The notes beneath the pieces were generated by a model. The model was given only the letters and a program-made list of their open reading frames with translations. It had not been told where the DNA came from and made no database searches. A stretch of 64,000 nt of DNA from contig PSPG01000007.1 of NCBI GenBank assembly GCA_003193925.1, forward strand, positions 1-64,000, in the 5' to 3' direction. Both the position numbers and the translations under genes were made by a program. Source of the DNA: Candidatus Thalassarchaeum betae (lineage in GTDB: Archaea > Thermoplasmatota > Poseidoniia > Poseidoniales > Thalassarchaeaceae). Positions 36,927-46,296 of the stretch are shown here, piece after piece; position 1 is the stretch's first letter; each line of letters begins with the position of its first letter.

Positions 36927-37546
36927 TGCCAGTGCGAGCTCTCCTCTGGTGCAACGGCCAGCAGCCATCCTCGCATGTCGCAGAGGCCCTGCTGCAGGCC
37001 GGCTCGACGCCCTTCGGGGTCGATGGTGGTGCTGACAAGGCCGCTAGGGCGGGAATCGTGGTCGAGGAGGTCCTCGGTGATCTCGATTCGGTGGAGCTCG
37101 GCCAATGGGAGGGCAGGACCCACGAACTGCCCGACGACTCCAGCAGCGACTTGGCCAAGTCGATTGCGCTGCTCATCGAGCGGGGCTACAGCGAGATTGA
37201 CGTGGTGGGCTCCGACGGAGGCTCGACGGACCACGTCTTGGGAAACTGGGCTGCGCTCTGCGAGGCCCCGGGAGGGGCTCGCATCCGCCTTCATCACGAG
37301 GATGCCGTCACCCACCGGCTCCACCCACAGGATGGTGGCTTGGAGCTTGAGATCAGAGAGGGCAATGAGTTCTCAGTGTTCGCTCTGAGCCCCTGCAGCA
37401 GCGTCCATCTGCAAGGAGCCGAGTGGAATCTGGACGGAGAGGCTCTGAGCCTCTCCACCAGAGGGTTGCACAACCGAGGCACTGGAGACGTCGTTCGGAT
37501 TCAGGCCGACGGGATTCTCGCCGTAATCGTCCCGAGATGGGAATGA
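36926..37546 (+). CDS. thiN: Thiamine pyrophosphokinase
   Basis: GVDGGAD, VLGDLDSV, SDLAKSI, GGSTDHVLGN, GAEWNL...STRGLHN. Confidence 0.85.
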   Translation: MPVRALLWCNGQQPSSHVAEALLQAGSTPFGVDGGADKAARAGIVVEEVLGDLDSVELGQWEGRTHELPDDSSSDLAKSIALLIERGYSEIDVVGSDGGSTDHVLGNWAALCEAPGGARIRLHHEDAVTHRLHPQDGGLELEIREGNEFSVFALSPCSSVHLQGAEWNLDGEALSLSTRGLHNRGTGDVVRIQADGILAVIVPRWE

Positions 37547-38617
37547 TCACTCCTCTTCGGCTACCTTCGGGTCGCGTGAGAGCATCATCGCGATCGGCCG
37601 GGTCCTCGGGTCGGACTCCAGCGCGATTTTCATGATGACTGCTAGAGGCACACCGAGTACCATTCCCATGATGCCCCACGCCCAACCCCAGAAGGCCACT
37701 AGCAAGAGCAGTACGATCGGTGACATGTCGAGCCTCTGTCCGGCTAGCTGGGGCTCGACCAAGGCGCCCCATACCTGCTGGTTGGTCACGAGTACCACGA
37801 TGAGTATGATGGCCCATGTCGGTGAGAGGATGATGAGGCCCAGTAAGATCGGTGGAATCAGGGATATCAGCGCCCCGACGTAGGGGATGAAATCCATCAT
37901 GAAGGTGATAGAGGCCCACATGAACCAGCCGGGGACATCGAGATACCAGAGCATTATCCCGGCGATCACGGCCTGCCCGAAGGCTACGGTGGCCCTCGTC
38001 ACGACGTAGGTGTTGATCCCCTCCCCGGCGTTGCTCGTGATGTCCTCGATGCGCTCGGCGTCACTCGGGTATGCCGCCTTGACCCTGCGTGGGAGGGTCT
38101 CGGCCTCGAGTATGATGAAGAGCAGGAAGATGAAGACGGTGGCCACGTTTACGGTGAAACTCGCGAGAGAGCCTACGAACGAGGCGATGTACTGGTCGAT
38201 GGTCTCCACAGAGAAGAGTTCCGTCAGCCCGCTGATGTCGAAACTGTAGCCCATTATCGAGATTCCCTCGAGCCACGTGACCTTGTCGTTGAGTTGTTGG
38301 GTCAACATAGGGACCTCATCGGTGAAGGCCGTGAGGTTGGCGTACAGGAGCTGCGAGGCCATCCACAGCACGAGGAAGAGCATGGCCACCAAAACGCCGT
38401 AGGGCATCAATGGATGGGCGTACTTCCCCTGCATCAGCGGCCGCTCCTCCAGCCATTGCGCAGCAGGCCGTATCAGTAGGAAGAGCAGCACAGCGATCAC
38501 CAGTGGCTGTATGACCACTTGGAGGCGGGTAATGGCCAAGACCGAGACCAGCAGGATGATCGCTATGTTCGCCACTGTGGCAGACTGCAAATCACTCAGG
38601 CTCTGTCCCTTTCCCAT
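37547..38617 (-). CDS. AI-2E family (PerM) transporter
   Basis: Multi-TM; FIPYVGALI, VEPQLAGQRLDMSP, FWGWAWGIMGMVLGVPL. Confidence 0.92.
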   Translation of the reverse strand: MGKGQSLSDLQSATVANIAIILLVSVLAITRLQVVIQPLVIAVLLFLLIRPAAQWLEERPLMQGKYAHPLMPYGVLVAMLFLVLWMASQLLYANLTAFTDEVPMLTQQLNDKVTWLEGISIMGYSFDISGLTELFSVETIDQYIASFVGSLASFTVNVATVFIFLLFIILEAETLPRRVKAAYPSDAERIEDITSNAGEGINTYVVTRATVAFGQAVIAGIMLWYLDVPGWFMWASITFMMDFIPYVGALISLIPPILLGLIILSPTWAIILIVVLVTNQQVWGALVEPQLAGQRLDMSPIVLLLLVAFWGWAWGIMGMVLGVPLAVIMKIALESDPRTRPIAMMLSRDPKVAEEE

Positions 38618-38671
38618 GCTCTCCCCCGTCTGCGCTAATGCGTACTACGCATCAATAATTCCCCGGCCCCT

Positions 38672-39913
38672 TCAGCTCCCGGATGCCCTTTCGTATATCC
38701 CGATGAAGCGCTCTGCATCGTAATCGTAGGTGAATCGATCTAGAACTCTGCGACGCCCGGCTTCGCCCTTCTCCAGCATAGTCGCCCTATCTGACATCTC
38801 TGTTAGGATGGCATCGGCCATCGAGTCCGCATCTCCCATGGTGAACAGTCCGCCGACGCTGTCGTCGACCATCTCGGGCAGCGGTCCGTGATCCACTGTC
38901 ACTACCGGCGTGCCAGATGCCATCGCCTCCAGCGGGATGAGGCCCTGGCCTTCGTAGTACGAGGGGTAGACGACCAGGTCGGCCGAGCGGAACAGCGCGG
39001 CGAGCTCCTCGAACGGCATCCCGGACTCTATGGTCACCGCGTCGCCGATCCCGAGTTTTCTCGCCTGGCTCTCCAGACGCGAGCGCAGATGTCCCCTGCC
39101 GACGATCACCAAGCGGGCGGCCGGGGCAGAGACGCGGACCTTGGCGAAGGCCTTCAGGAGCGAGCCGTGGCCCTTCCTAGCAGCTAGTCTACCGACTGCG
39201 AGAAGGAGGGTGGAATCGCTTGACTGAGCGCCAAATCTCTGGCGAATTGCTGCGTGTCTCGACATCGCGTCCTCGTCATCGCGGTGCAGCGGGAAGAACA
39301 TGCTGGTGTCGACACCCCAGTGAACCACCTCGCAGTCCCAGTCAGGTGGTGGCGAGTACCGGGACTCGAAGTCGCGCTTGGTGGCGAGCGAGTTCGAAAC
39401 GCAGACATTCGAGCCGTTGATGGCGGCTCGCTCGTAGCCGGCGTAGTGCTTGGCGGTGAGGAGTATCGCGAGGTCGTTTGGATTGGCCCACACCGCCGCT
39501 TCTCTCTGCTCTGAGGCGGCAACGAGGCCATCGCGCTCGCCCAGCCACGAGCCGTGCAGCGAGGATACGACCGGGGCGACGTTGTCGCGGCAGCGGGCGA
39601 ACTGCCCCGCGCTCCAGGATATCATCGGGCAGTGGAGGTGGACGATGTCGACAGGTGCCCTGGCATGCAGGCGCTTCAGTGCACGCATCGCGCTGCGGCC
39701 GTACGAGCGGGTGAAGGCCATGGGAATCGGGACCCAGCCCACGGTCAGCACCTCGACCCCCTCGATTCGGGGCGGCTGGCCGCCTCCGCCGGAGCGCGTG
39801 ATCACCGTGACTCGGTGCCCCTTCGCAGCGAGCGCTGTCGACAGATGGTACACAGTGGAGCCCATTCCGCCCCAACGGGGCGGATATTCGGCTGACAGCA
39901 TGGCAATGTGCAT
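38672..39913 (-). CDS. Glycosyltransferase family 4
   Basis: EYPPRWGG, AVGRLAARKG, PSYYEGQGLIPLEAMASGTPVV. Confidence 0.93.
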   Translation of the reverse strand: MHIAMLSAEYPPRWGGMGSTVYHLSTALAAKGHRVTVITRSGGGGQPPRIEGVEVLTVGWVPIPMAFTRSYGRSAMRALKRLHARAPVDIVHLHCPMISWSAGQFARCRDNVAPVVSSLHGSWLGERDGLVAASEQREAAVWANPNDLAILLTAKHYAGYERAAINGSNVCVSNSLATKRDFESRYSPPPDWDCEVVHWGVDTSMFFPLHRDDEDAMSRHAAIRQRFGAQSSDSTLLLAVGRLAARKGHGSLLKAFAKVRVSAPAARLVIVGRGHLRSRLESQARKLGIGDAVTIESGMPFEELAALFRSADLVVYPSYYEGQGLIPLEAMASGTPVVTVDHGPLPEMVDDSVGGLFTMGDADSMADAILTEMSDRATMLEKGEAGRRRVLDRFTYDYDAERFIGIYERASGS

Positions 39914-40019
39914 CGCTACCCTCCGCTTTGCGCTCAGACCCCCGCCTTTCAAGCGAACGGACTCAGGGCAGGTATTCGCATCATTCAAAGCAGGACCTCC
40001 GGTGGCCCGCCCTGATAGC

Positions 40020-40751
40020 ATGGCCGAGATCCTGCCCGTCCATGTCACCGTGGTCATCCCCACTCGCAACGAGGAGGCCGCCATCGTGGACACCATCCGA
40101 TCGGTGCCGAATGACGGCTGGTGCGAGAAGCTGGACTTCCTCATCATTGACGGCAACTCGACTGATCGCACCCGAGAGCTGGCAGAGGGCGAGGGGGCGG
40201 CGGTTTACCTAGAGTCTCGCAAGGGCTACGGTAGGGCCTACAAGACAGGCTTCGCGGTGGCCCCCGGCGAGATCATCGTGACCATGGACGCCGACTGCAC
40301 CTACCCGGGTGAGGAGGTTCCCGGACTCGTACGCAAGCTGCTCGACGAGGGTCTGCAGTGGATCACCTGCGACCGTCTCCGACGCGCAGAGGAGGGGGCG
40401 ATGCCCGGGGTGCACGGCTTCGGCAACTGGGTCCTCTCGACAACTGCCACTGTGCTGTACTGGTACGGCATCCACGACTCCCAGAGTGGGATGTGGGTGT
40501 TTCGCAAGTCAATTTTCGAGGACGAGCACGTACGCCCCAAGCACGACGGCATGCCGCTCTCTCAGGAGTTCAAGATTCGAGCTCGCCGTTATCTAGGCAA
40601 GCAGATGACCACCGAGGTCAGCGTCCCATACCGCCCGCGTGTCGGGGAGGCTGAGATCAACACCTGGGGGGACGGTCTTCTCAATCTGAGATTCCTGTTT
40701 ACACACAGGCTAGGTCTGACCCGACAAGTCACGCCTTGGGGCCCTGAATGA
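40020..40751 (+). CDS. Glycosyltransferase family 2 (DPM synthase-like)
   Basis: VVIPTRNEE, IIDGNSTDRT, KGYGRAY, TMDADCTYP, DSQSGM, YRPRVGE. Confidence 0.93.
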   Translation: MAEILPVHVTVVIPTRNEEAAIVDTIRSVPNDGWCEKLDFLIIDGNSTDRTRELAEGEGAAVYLESRKGYGRAYKTGFAVAPGEIIVTMDADCTYPGEEVPGLVRKLLDEGLQWITCDRLRRAEEGAMPGVHGFGNWVLSTTATVLYWYGIHDSQSGMWVFRKSIFEDEHVRPKHDGMPLSQEFKIRARRYLGKQMTTEVSVPYRPRVGEAEINTWGDGLLNLRFLFTHRLGLTRQVTPWGPE

Positions 40752-40756
40752 CGGAA

Positions 40757-40772
40757 CATAGGGTACCCTATG
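40757..40772. other. Perfect 16-bp palindrome CATAGGGTACCCTATG with flanking GGAACA direct repeats
   Basis: Read directly; lies between convergent gene ends and contains the stop codon of the pcs-like fragment. Confidence 0.8.
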
Positions 40773-41025
40773 GAACAGTTTGCCGATCCAGCCGCGCTCC
40801 ATCGATCTGCGGCGCATGCCGCTTGACGTCGACCCACCGGGCCAGCGGCCCATCGACTGAATCGATCACCATGGCGACGAACATCCAGAAGAAGGCCAGC
40901 CGGTAGTTCTCGACGAAGATCGCTTCCAACGACAGCAGCGCCCAGAGCGCACCGGACGCCGTGCCCAGGTGCACAGACATGGCGAGTGCTCGCCATTGCG
41001 GGCTGGTGCCGTTGTCTTGGCTCAC
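40768..41025 (-). pseudogene. Truncated CDP-alcohol phosphatidyltransferase (phosphatidylcholine synthase-like), N-terminal third only
   Basis: VHLGTASGA...IDSVDGPLAR..DVK...PQIDGARLD then stop; the last Asp of the D-x2-DG-x2-AR...G-x3-D-x3-D motif and the C-terminal helices are missing. Confidence 0.72.
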
Positions 41026-41061
41026 GGGCTTCTGCTGCTGCTCCGACCCCTTGAATCCTCG

Positions 41062-44000
41062 TCAATCGTCGAACTCCTCGTCTAACTCGCGCGGGTCGAA
41101 ACCGGACCACGACTCGATCATCTCGAGGTCCTTCGATATCTGCCTCCTGCGGGTCCCCGCATAGGCGATTCCCACCATGATGATGATTGTGAGTGCCACA
41201 ATCAGGAAAGGCAGGCCACTGCCCAGCAGCCAGTCGAACAGGCCGGTGTCCTCAGGCGACTCTATCGGGATGATCTCGATCAGACCGGGGCTGACCATGT
41301 CGCCGTCCAGCGCCCACACCTCGATCCTCGCGCTGCTCCCGGTGAGCGTCCAGACCGACCTGTACGTCCAGATGCCGTCACCGGCGAACAGGTCTCCCTC
41401 CATGCCGTCGTCGCGGAACTCCAGCGCTTGCGACACGCCGCCGGCGCGCAATTCACCTTGGACCATGTCGGTCGTGCCGTCGGGGTCGAGGAGCCTGACG
41501 GTGAGGAAGACAGAGGTCGGCTCCTCGAGATCGATGCTGGATGGGGAGACCGAGAACTCGTACAGTTGCGGCGAGCTGGAGCCGATGGTGAGGTTGATCG
41601 AGACTGACGAAGCGGCCCCACGGGAGTCCTTGACCAGGAGGTCGATCTGGACGGGGCCCGGCGGGAAGCTGGCGGAGTGGACCATCTTGTCACTCAGGAG
41701 AGTGCCGTCGCGCAGGCTCCACTGGTAGAGCACGATGTCGTCGTCGTAGTCGTACGAGCCCGAGGCGTTGAGCACCACTGGCTCGCCCGGTGGGATGTAC
41801 TGCCCCTCAGACAGTCCGGTGATGACCGCCACTGGGCCTGTCTCGAGCACTGTGAGGGTCTGCGAGTGGGTCCGCTGCATCCCGTTGGAGTCGATGAGCT
41901 CGAAGCGCAGCGTGTGGACCCCGGCGGGCAGGTAGTCGTTGTACCAGTACTCGGTCGTCTTGTCCTCGAGTATCGGCTCAGCGAGCAGGTCGGAGTACAC
42001 GCTGACGGTGAAGTCGTCGCCGTCCGGGTCGAACGAACGCCGGAAGTCGAACAGGACGGGGAGGTTGGAATAGACCTCGATGTCGGGTATCGGGGAATCC
42101 AATATCAGCACCGGAGCCGACTCGTCGACCCTGACCATGATCTCGGCGACGTCCGAAGCGCCCGAGCCGTCCTCGACGGTGAGGGTGACTTGGTGCACGC
42201 CCTCGGGCAGCCTCGTCTCGAGCACCCAGCCGCTTCCCATCGGCTCGCTCAGAATATCACTCTCCCAGAGCACGCTGACGAGGTCGGTGCTGGTGTCTGT
42301 CAGCGGGTTGCACACGAGCCCGCTGCCGTTGCTGGGCAGGTCGGAGCAGGCTGTGTCCCAATCGCCCGAGCCGGTCGCGTCGAAGACCAGCAACTCGCCG
42401 GAGTCGGTCAGTATGCCGTCTGTGGGGCTGGCGATCAGAGCCACCGGTGGAGAATTAGCAACACTCAACTCCACTGAGGCCGAATTCCACATCCCAGCGT
42501 GGTTCGGGCGGTTGTCGCTGGCGTACATCGTGATGATGTGGTCGCCCTTTGACAGCGTGCCTATCCACTCGACTGCCGAGTCTGGGGTGACTCCGGATGC
42601 CAGCAGGCCGTCGCGGTCGCTCCAGAACTCGAACTTCACCTCGTCACCCTCTGGGTCGAAGGTGTTGGTGCCATCGAGGTGCACGGTGGCTGAGGAGGCC
42701 TCACCGGTGCGGGAGACCTCCATGACGGCGAGCGGAATCTCGTTGTACAGCTCGACGTTGAACGTCCATGAGACAGGCACGTTGACCCCGTCAGAGGCGT
42801 AGACAGTGACAGAGAACTGGTTCGGAGCGCCCGGGAAGGTGCGGATGATGGTGTCTGGGCACTCCGGGTCCCCCGCTGGAGGTTGGCCGGAGCCCGACTC
42901 GTAGGAGGTCTCGACCCAGCAGTTCAGTTCGTCGCCTTCCGGGTCGTAGGTGCCTCCGAGGTGGATGGTGGCGTTTGCCGTGATACCGAGGTACAGCGTG
43001 CCCCAAGCCGAGATGGCAGGTGTCGTGCCCACCGAGAGCACGGGGGGCAGGTTCACCAGCTCAATCTCCCTGTTCTCCCAAACGCAATGGCCCTCCGTGT
43101 CGCACACCTCGAGCGTAATCTGGTGGGTCCCGTCGGAAAGACAGGTGGCCTGGCCGACGGCGTTGGCGAGCAGGTAGGAGCCGTTGCCCGAGCCTGTCGC
43201 AGTGCAGGCGGAGAGCAGCTCGCCGTCGATGCTACTGGTCCAGCTGTAGGTCAGCTCGTCATAGTCGAGGTCCCACGATTCATTCGCATCGAAAACCACC
43301 TCGCCACCGCTGGCGTAGACGCCCTCGTCCTCGGGCGAGTCCCACAGGATGAATGGCGGCTGGTTGGATAGCTCGAGCAGGCAGGTGACAGAGACGTCGG
43401 CATCCAGCGAGACCGCGGCGGAGTCGTTGTGGACCCCGTCGTAGTCGCACCCGGTGTGGACGGTGTTCACGTCCGACCATCCCTGCATAGGCGTCCAGCG
43501 CTCGCCGATGAAGGGGCCGAACGAGTCCTGTCCGGAGTAAGGCAGGGTGTCGTTGTAATCCGCTCCGTGCAAGTCGAAAGTCAGGTTGATGTCGGCGTAG
43601 GGGATGTGACGGAGGTGCTGGTTGATCGCATGCACCTCCACGAACCACATCACGTCGAGGATGTTGTCCTGACTTGCGTACGTCGGCGTGTCGAGCGGAG
43701 CGGAGGAGATCCAGCGCAAGTGGCTGTCGCCAAGCATCTCGAATCTGTCTGCGTAGCCGCTGGTGAACCAAGAGCCAGTGAAGTTGGTGAAACTCGACGA
43801 GATGCTGGCGGGAGCGCTGGGGTCGCAGCCCAAACCGACGTTATAGACGAGCAACTCGGTCTGGTCGACCATGTCGAAGCAGGAGTTCTCGTTGCCCCAG
43901 ATGACGCTGTTCTCGAGGTATGACGGCTCCTCGCCGTTGGCATCCCAGAGCATGCCCCCGTTGTCGCCGTTGAGGTCCAGTCCGCGGACCAGCCCGTCGA

Positions 44001-45708
44001 CCTCGACCAGCTCGACGGCGCGACCGGTCGAATTGAGATCGATCTTCATGTCATCGATGATGATGGTGCCGTCATGCGTCATCCCGGTGTTGTCGATGTC
44101 GAGCGCGGGCGCGTTGACCGAGTCCCTGATCTCGGTGGCGATCAGTTGCAGGTCAATGCTGTCGCGCACCACGATCCCGTGCTGGTCCTCGATCGATGTG
44201 CACTCGATGCAACTCGCGTTCTTGCCGCCGCTCATGACGTCGTTCGTCTCGTCGAAGTAGATGCCTGCACCCAATTCGGGCAAGGCAGCGCCGATGCCGT
44301 TGCGGTAGGTCGTCACATACGAGAGTTCGACGTTGCTTGAGTCACGCACCGAGACACCGTGCCCGCCGTTGTCCATGCTGAGTATGACTGAGAAATCAGG
44401 GTGGAACTCGCGCAGGTCGACCCCGGTGGCCCCGTTGTCGGCTATCACCCAGTTCGAGCCCTGCGCGCCGCCCTTCCAGAGGAGGACTCCGGGACCAGAG
44501 GAGTTCCGAACTTCGAGGTCATTGATCGTCGGTGCCCAGTTGGCGCTGCGCATGAACATGCCAGCCCTGTCGTTGAGTGGCGCTGTGGCGCTGGTCCTGC
44601 CGTTGCGCAGTAGAGTGACGTCGTTGAGGATTGTGGAAGGGCCGATCATGTAGGCCTTGAAGCCGACCACTGGATTGTCCTCGATCAGGGCCCCGTCGAT
44701 GTGGACGCCGCTGGTGTTGACCTCGAAGGCGGCATATCCAAGACCCGGGGTCTTGGCGCCCGGGCCGCCCGTCCCGCGTAGCTCTAGGTCGTCGAAGACG
44801 GCGTTGTAAGGTGCGTTGGTATACAGGCTGCGGTTGTACTGCTCGACCATGATGCCGCGGTACTGGCTGTCCTCGACGGTAGCTCTCACGAAGGTCGGGC
44901 GGGTGGTCCATCCCTGCGTGATGTGCCGGACGAAGATGCCGTTGTCGCAGCGGGTGATGTCGGAGTCGGAGATTAATGGGCGTGAGTCCTCGACCCATAT
45001 GCCAGCTGCGACGGCCAAGGTGGCGCCGCTGATGTTGGAAATCTGCAGATTCGAGATCAGGCCGCCGGAGTTGCCCCAGTAGTTGAGGCCGCGTGTGATC
45101 AGTCCGTCCATCGTCACGCCGTTGACTATCGGCGCGGAGTAAGCGCCCACTGATAGGCCGATTCCGTACCTCCATGTCGTCGAGAACGCGTGCACGTCCT
45201 GACCGCCGCCGTCTATCACGAGGTCGTTGATCCTCGGTGATGCGCTGCTGAACAGGTCGACTGCGACATTGTCTGCGTTTATCACCGTCAGATCGTTGAG
45301 GATGGGGTCGCTACCGTAGACGGTCACACCGTACTCGGCGTCGGTGATTGTGAGGTTCTCCAACTTGGAGCCGAGGCCGTCACTGGTCGAGTTGAACACA
45401 ATGCCGTCGTGGTTTCCCATGATCGATTCCAGCAGTACCGGCGATGTCGTCGTTCCCTGAATGGTGAGTCTGCCATCGACGGTGATGGTCTCGTCATCGC
45501 CGAGTTGGATGGTGGTGCCCGATTGCACGACGAGCACGTCGCCGCTCTCGACGGTGTAGCCGTCCTGCAGGACGACGGTGTCTGACCAAATGGTGGTCGT
45601 GCGCGCCCCGGCTCCAGCCGCAGCGGGGACGAGCGGTGCGGCGGAAACCAGCAGCAGCAGGACCAGTGCGACAGCAAGCCTGTGGGCTGCTGAAACGGGA
45701 GCGTGCAT
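41062..45708 (-). CDS. Large surface protein: right-handed beta-helix, several PKD/Ig-like domains, C-terminal TM anchor
   Basis: Signal peptide; Asn/Gly-rich beta-helix-like repeats; repeated FDA..S.D.DGD...Y.W...G.H.ITL.V.D; FRDDG..GD..AGDGIWT; TM near C-terminus. Confidence 0.85.
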   Translation of the reverse strand: MHAPVSAAHRLAVALVLLLLVSAAPLVPAAAGAGARTTTIWSDTVVLQDGYTVESGDVLVVQSGTTIQLGDDETITVDGRLTIQGTTTSPVLLESIMGNHDGIVFNSTSDGLGSKLENLTITDAEYGVTVYGSDPILNDLTVINADNVAVDLFSSASPRINDLVIDGGGQDVHAFSTTWRYGIGLSVGAYSAPIVNGVTMDGLITRGLNYWGNSGGLISNLQISNISGATLAVAAGIWVEDSRPLISDSDITRCDNGIFVRHITQGWTTRPTFVRATVEDSQYRGIMVEQYNRSLYTNAPYNAVFDDLELRGTGGPGAKTPGLGYAAFEVNTSGVHIDGALIEDNPVVGFKAYMIGPSTILNDVTLLRNGRTSATAPLNDRAGMFMRSANWAPTINDLEVRNSSGPGVLLWKGGAQGSNWVIADNGATGVDLREFHPDFSVILSMDNGGHGVSVRDSSNVELSYVTTYRNGIGAALPELGAGIYFDETNDVMSGGKNASCIECTSIEDQHGIVVRDSIDLQLIATEIRDSVNAPALDIDNTGMTHDGTIIIDDMKIDLNSTGRAVELVEVDGLVRGLDLNGDNGGMLWDANGEEPSYLENSVIWGNENSCFDMVDQTELLVYNVGLGCDPSAPASISSSFTNFTGSWFTSGYADRFEMLGDSHLRWISSAPLDTPTYASQDNILDVMWFVEVHAINQHLRHIPYADINLTFDLHGADYNDTLPYSGQDSFGPFIGERWTPMQGWSDVNTVHTGCDYDGVHNDSAAVSLDADVSVTCLLELSNQPPFILWDSPEDEGVYASGGEVVFDANESWDLDYDELTYSWTSSIDGELLSACTATGSGNGSYLLANAVGQATCLSDGTHQITLEVCDTEGHCVWENREIELVNLPPVLSVGTTPAISAWGTLYLGITANATIHLGGTYDPEGDELNCWVETSYESGSGQPPAGDPECPDTIIRTFPGAPNQFSVTVYASDGVNVPVSWTFNVELYNEIPLAVMEVSRTGEASSATVHLDGTNTFDPEGDEVKFEFWSDRDGLLASGVTPDSAVEWIGTLSKGDHIITMYASDNRPNHAGMWNSASVELSVANSPPVALIASPTDGILTDSGELLVFDATGSGDWDTACSDLPSNGSGLVCNPLTDTSTDLVSVLWESDILSEPMGSGWVLETRLPEGVHQVTLTVEDGSGASDVAEIMVRVDESAPVLILDSPIPDIEVYSNLPVLFDFRRSFDPDGDDFTVSVYSDLLAEPILEDKTTEYWYNDYLPAGVHTLRFELIDSNGMQRTHSQTLTVLETGPVAVITGLSEGQYIPPGEPVVLNASGSYDYDDDIVLYQWSLRDGTLLSDKMVHSASFPPGPVQIDLLVKDSRGAASSVSINLTIGSSSPQLYEFSVSPSSIDLEEPTSVFLTVRLLDPDGTTDMVQGELRAGGVSQALEFRDDGMEGDLFAGDGIWTYRSVWTLTGSSARIEVWALDGDMVSPGLIEIIPIESPEDTGLFDWLLGSGLPFLIVALTIIIMVGIAYAGTRRRQISKDLEMIESWSGFDPRELDEEFDD

Positions 45709-45826
45709 GGCTTCTCCGCTCTCCCTCTGCCTGTTATCCCTTGCGTACACATGGGCGCGCGCAAACCTACCAACAGCAGAGGTCATAAACGACAACCAAG
45801 CGCGAGGCTCGTCAAGAGGCCTGAGA

Positions 45827-46060
45827 ATGAGTACCGCCTTCGTTCTAATCGAGGTCGAACCGGGCTGCGAGCGCGACGTCTACCTTTCTCTCCTGGACAT
45901 AGACAGCGTCAGCGAGACGCACGTCGCATACGGCGAGTACGACCTCGTAGCGCGCATCGACTTCGATGACGAGAGGGAGATGGCTCGAACGCTCATAGGG
46001 AGCATGCGCTCCATCTCCGGGGTCATCAAGACAGAGACCTTGATTGCTGTGGAGGTGTGA
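45827..46060 (+). CDS. Stand-alone Lrp/AsnC ligand-binding (RAM) domain protein
   Basis: AFVLIEVEPG, VAYGEYDLVARI, GVIKTETLI; no HTH. Confidence 0.88.
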   Translation: MSTAFVLIEVEPGCERDVYLSLLDIDSVSETHVAYGEYDLVARIDFDDEREMARTLIGSMRSISGVIKTETLIAVEV

Positions 46061-46296
46061 TGATGCCTGTCGGATTCGTGCTCATCACCACTGAGACCGG
46101 GGCTGAGGTCCGCGTTCACGAGGCGGTCAGCAAGATCACCGGAGTCGTCGGGCAGTGGATGATCTTCGGCTCGCACGACTTGTTCGTCAAGGTCGAGGCA
46201 GAGGACGAGGGCGAGTTGACCAAGTGCATCGTACAGGGAGTGCGTGGCGTCCCCGGAATCATCGAGACTCGTACCCTTATCGGCGCTGAGATCTAA
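46060..46296 (+). CDS. Second stand-alone Lrp/AsnC ligand-binding domain protein
   Basis: GFVLITTETG, IFGSHDLFVKV, GIIETRTLI; translationally coupled to the previous gene. Confidence 0.88.
   Translation: MMPVGFVLITTETGAEVRVHEAVSKITGVVGQWMIFGSHDLFVKVEAEDEGELTKCIVQGVRGVPGIIETRTLIGAEI

Noticed and set aside
38672-40751. Long mutual overlap of the GT4 (to 40171) and GT2 (from 39450) ORFs
   Set aside because: Artefact of longest-ORF calling; family motifs begin at 39913 (-) and 40020 (+), leaving a normal divergent promoter
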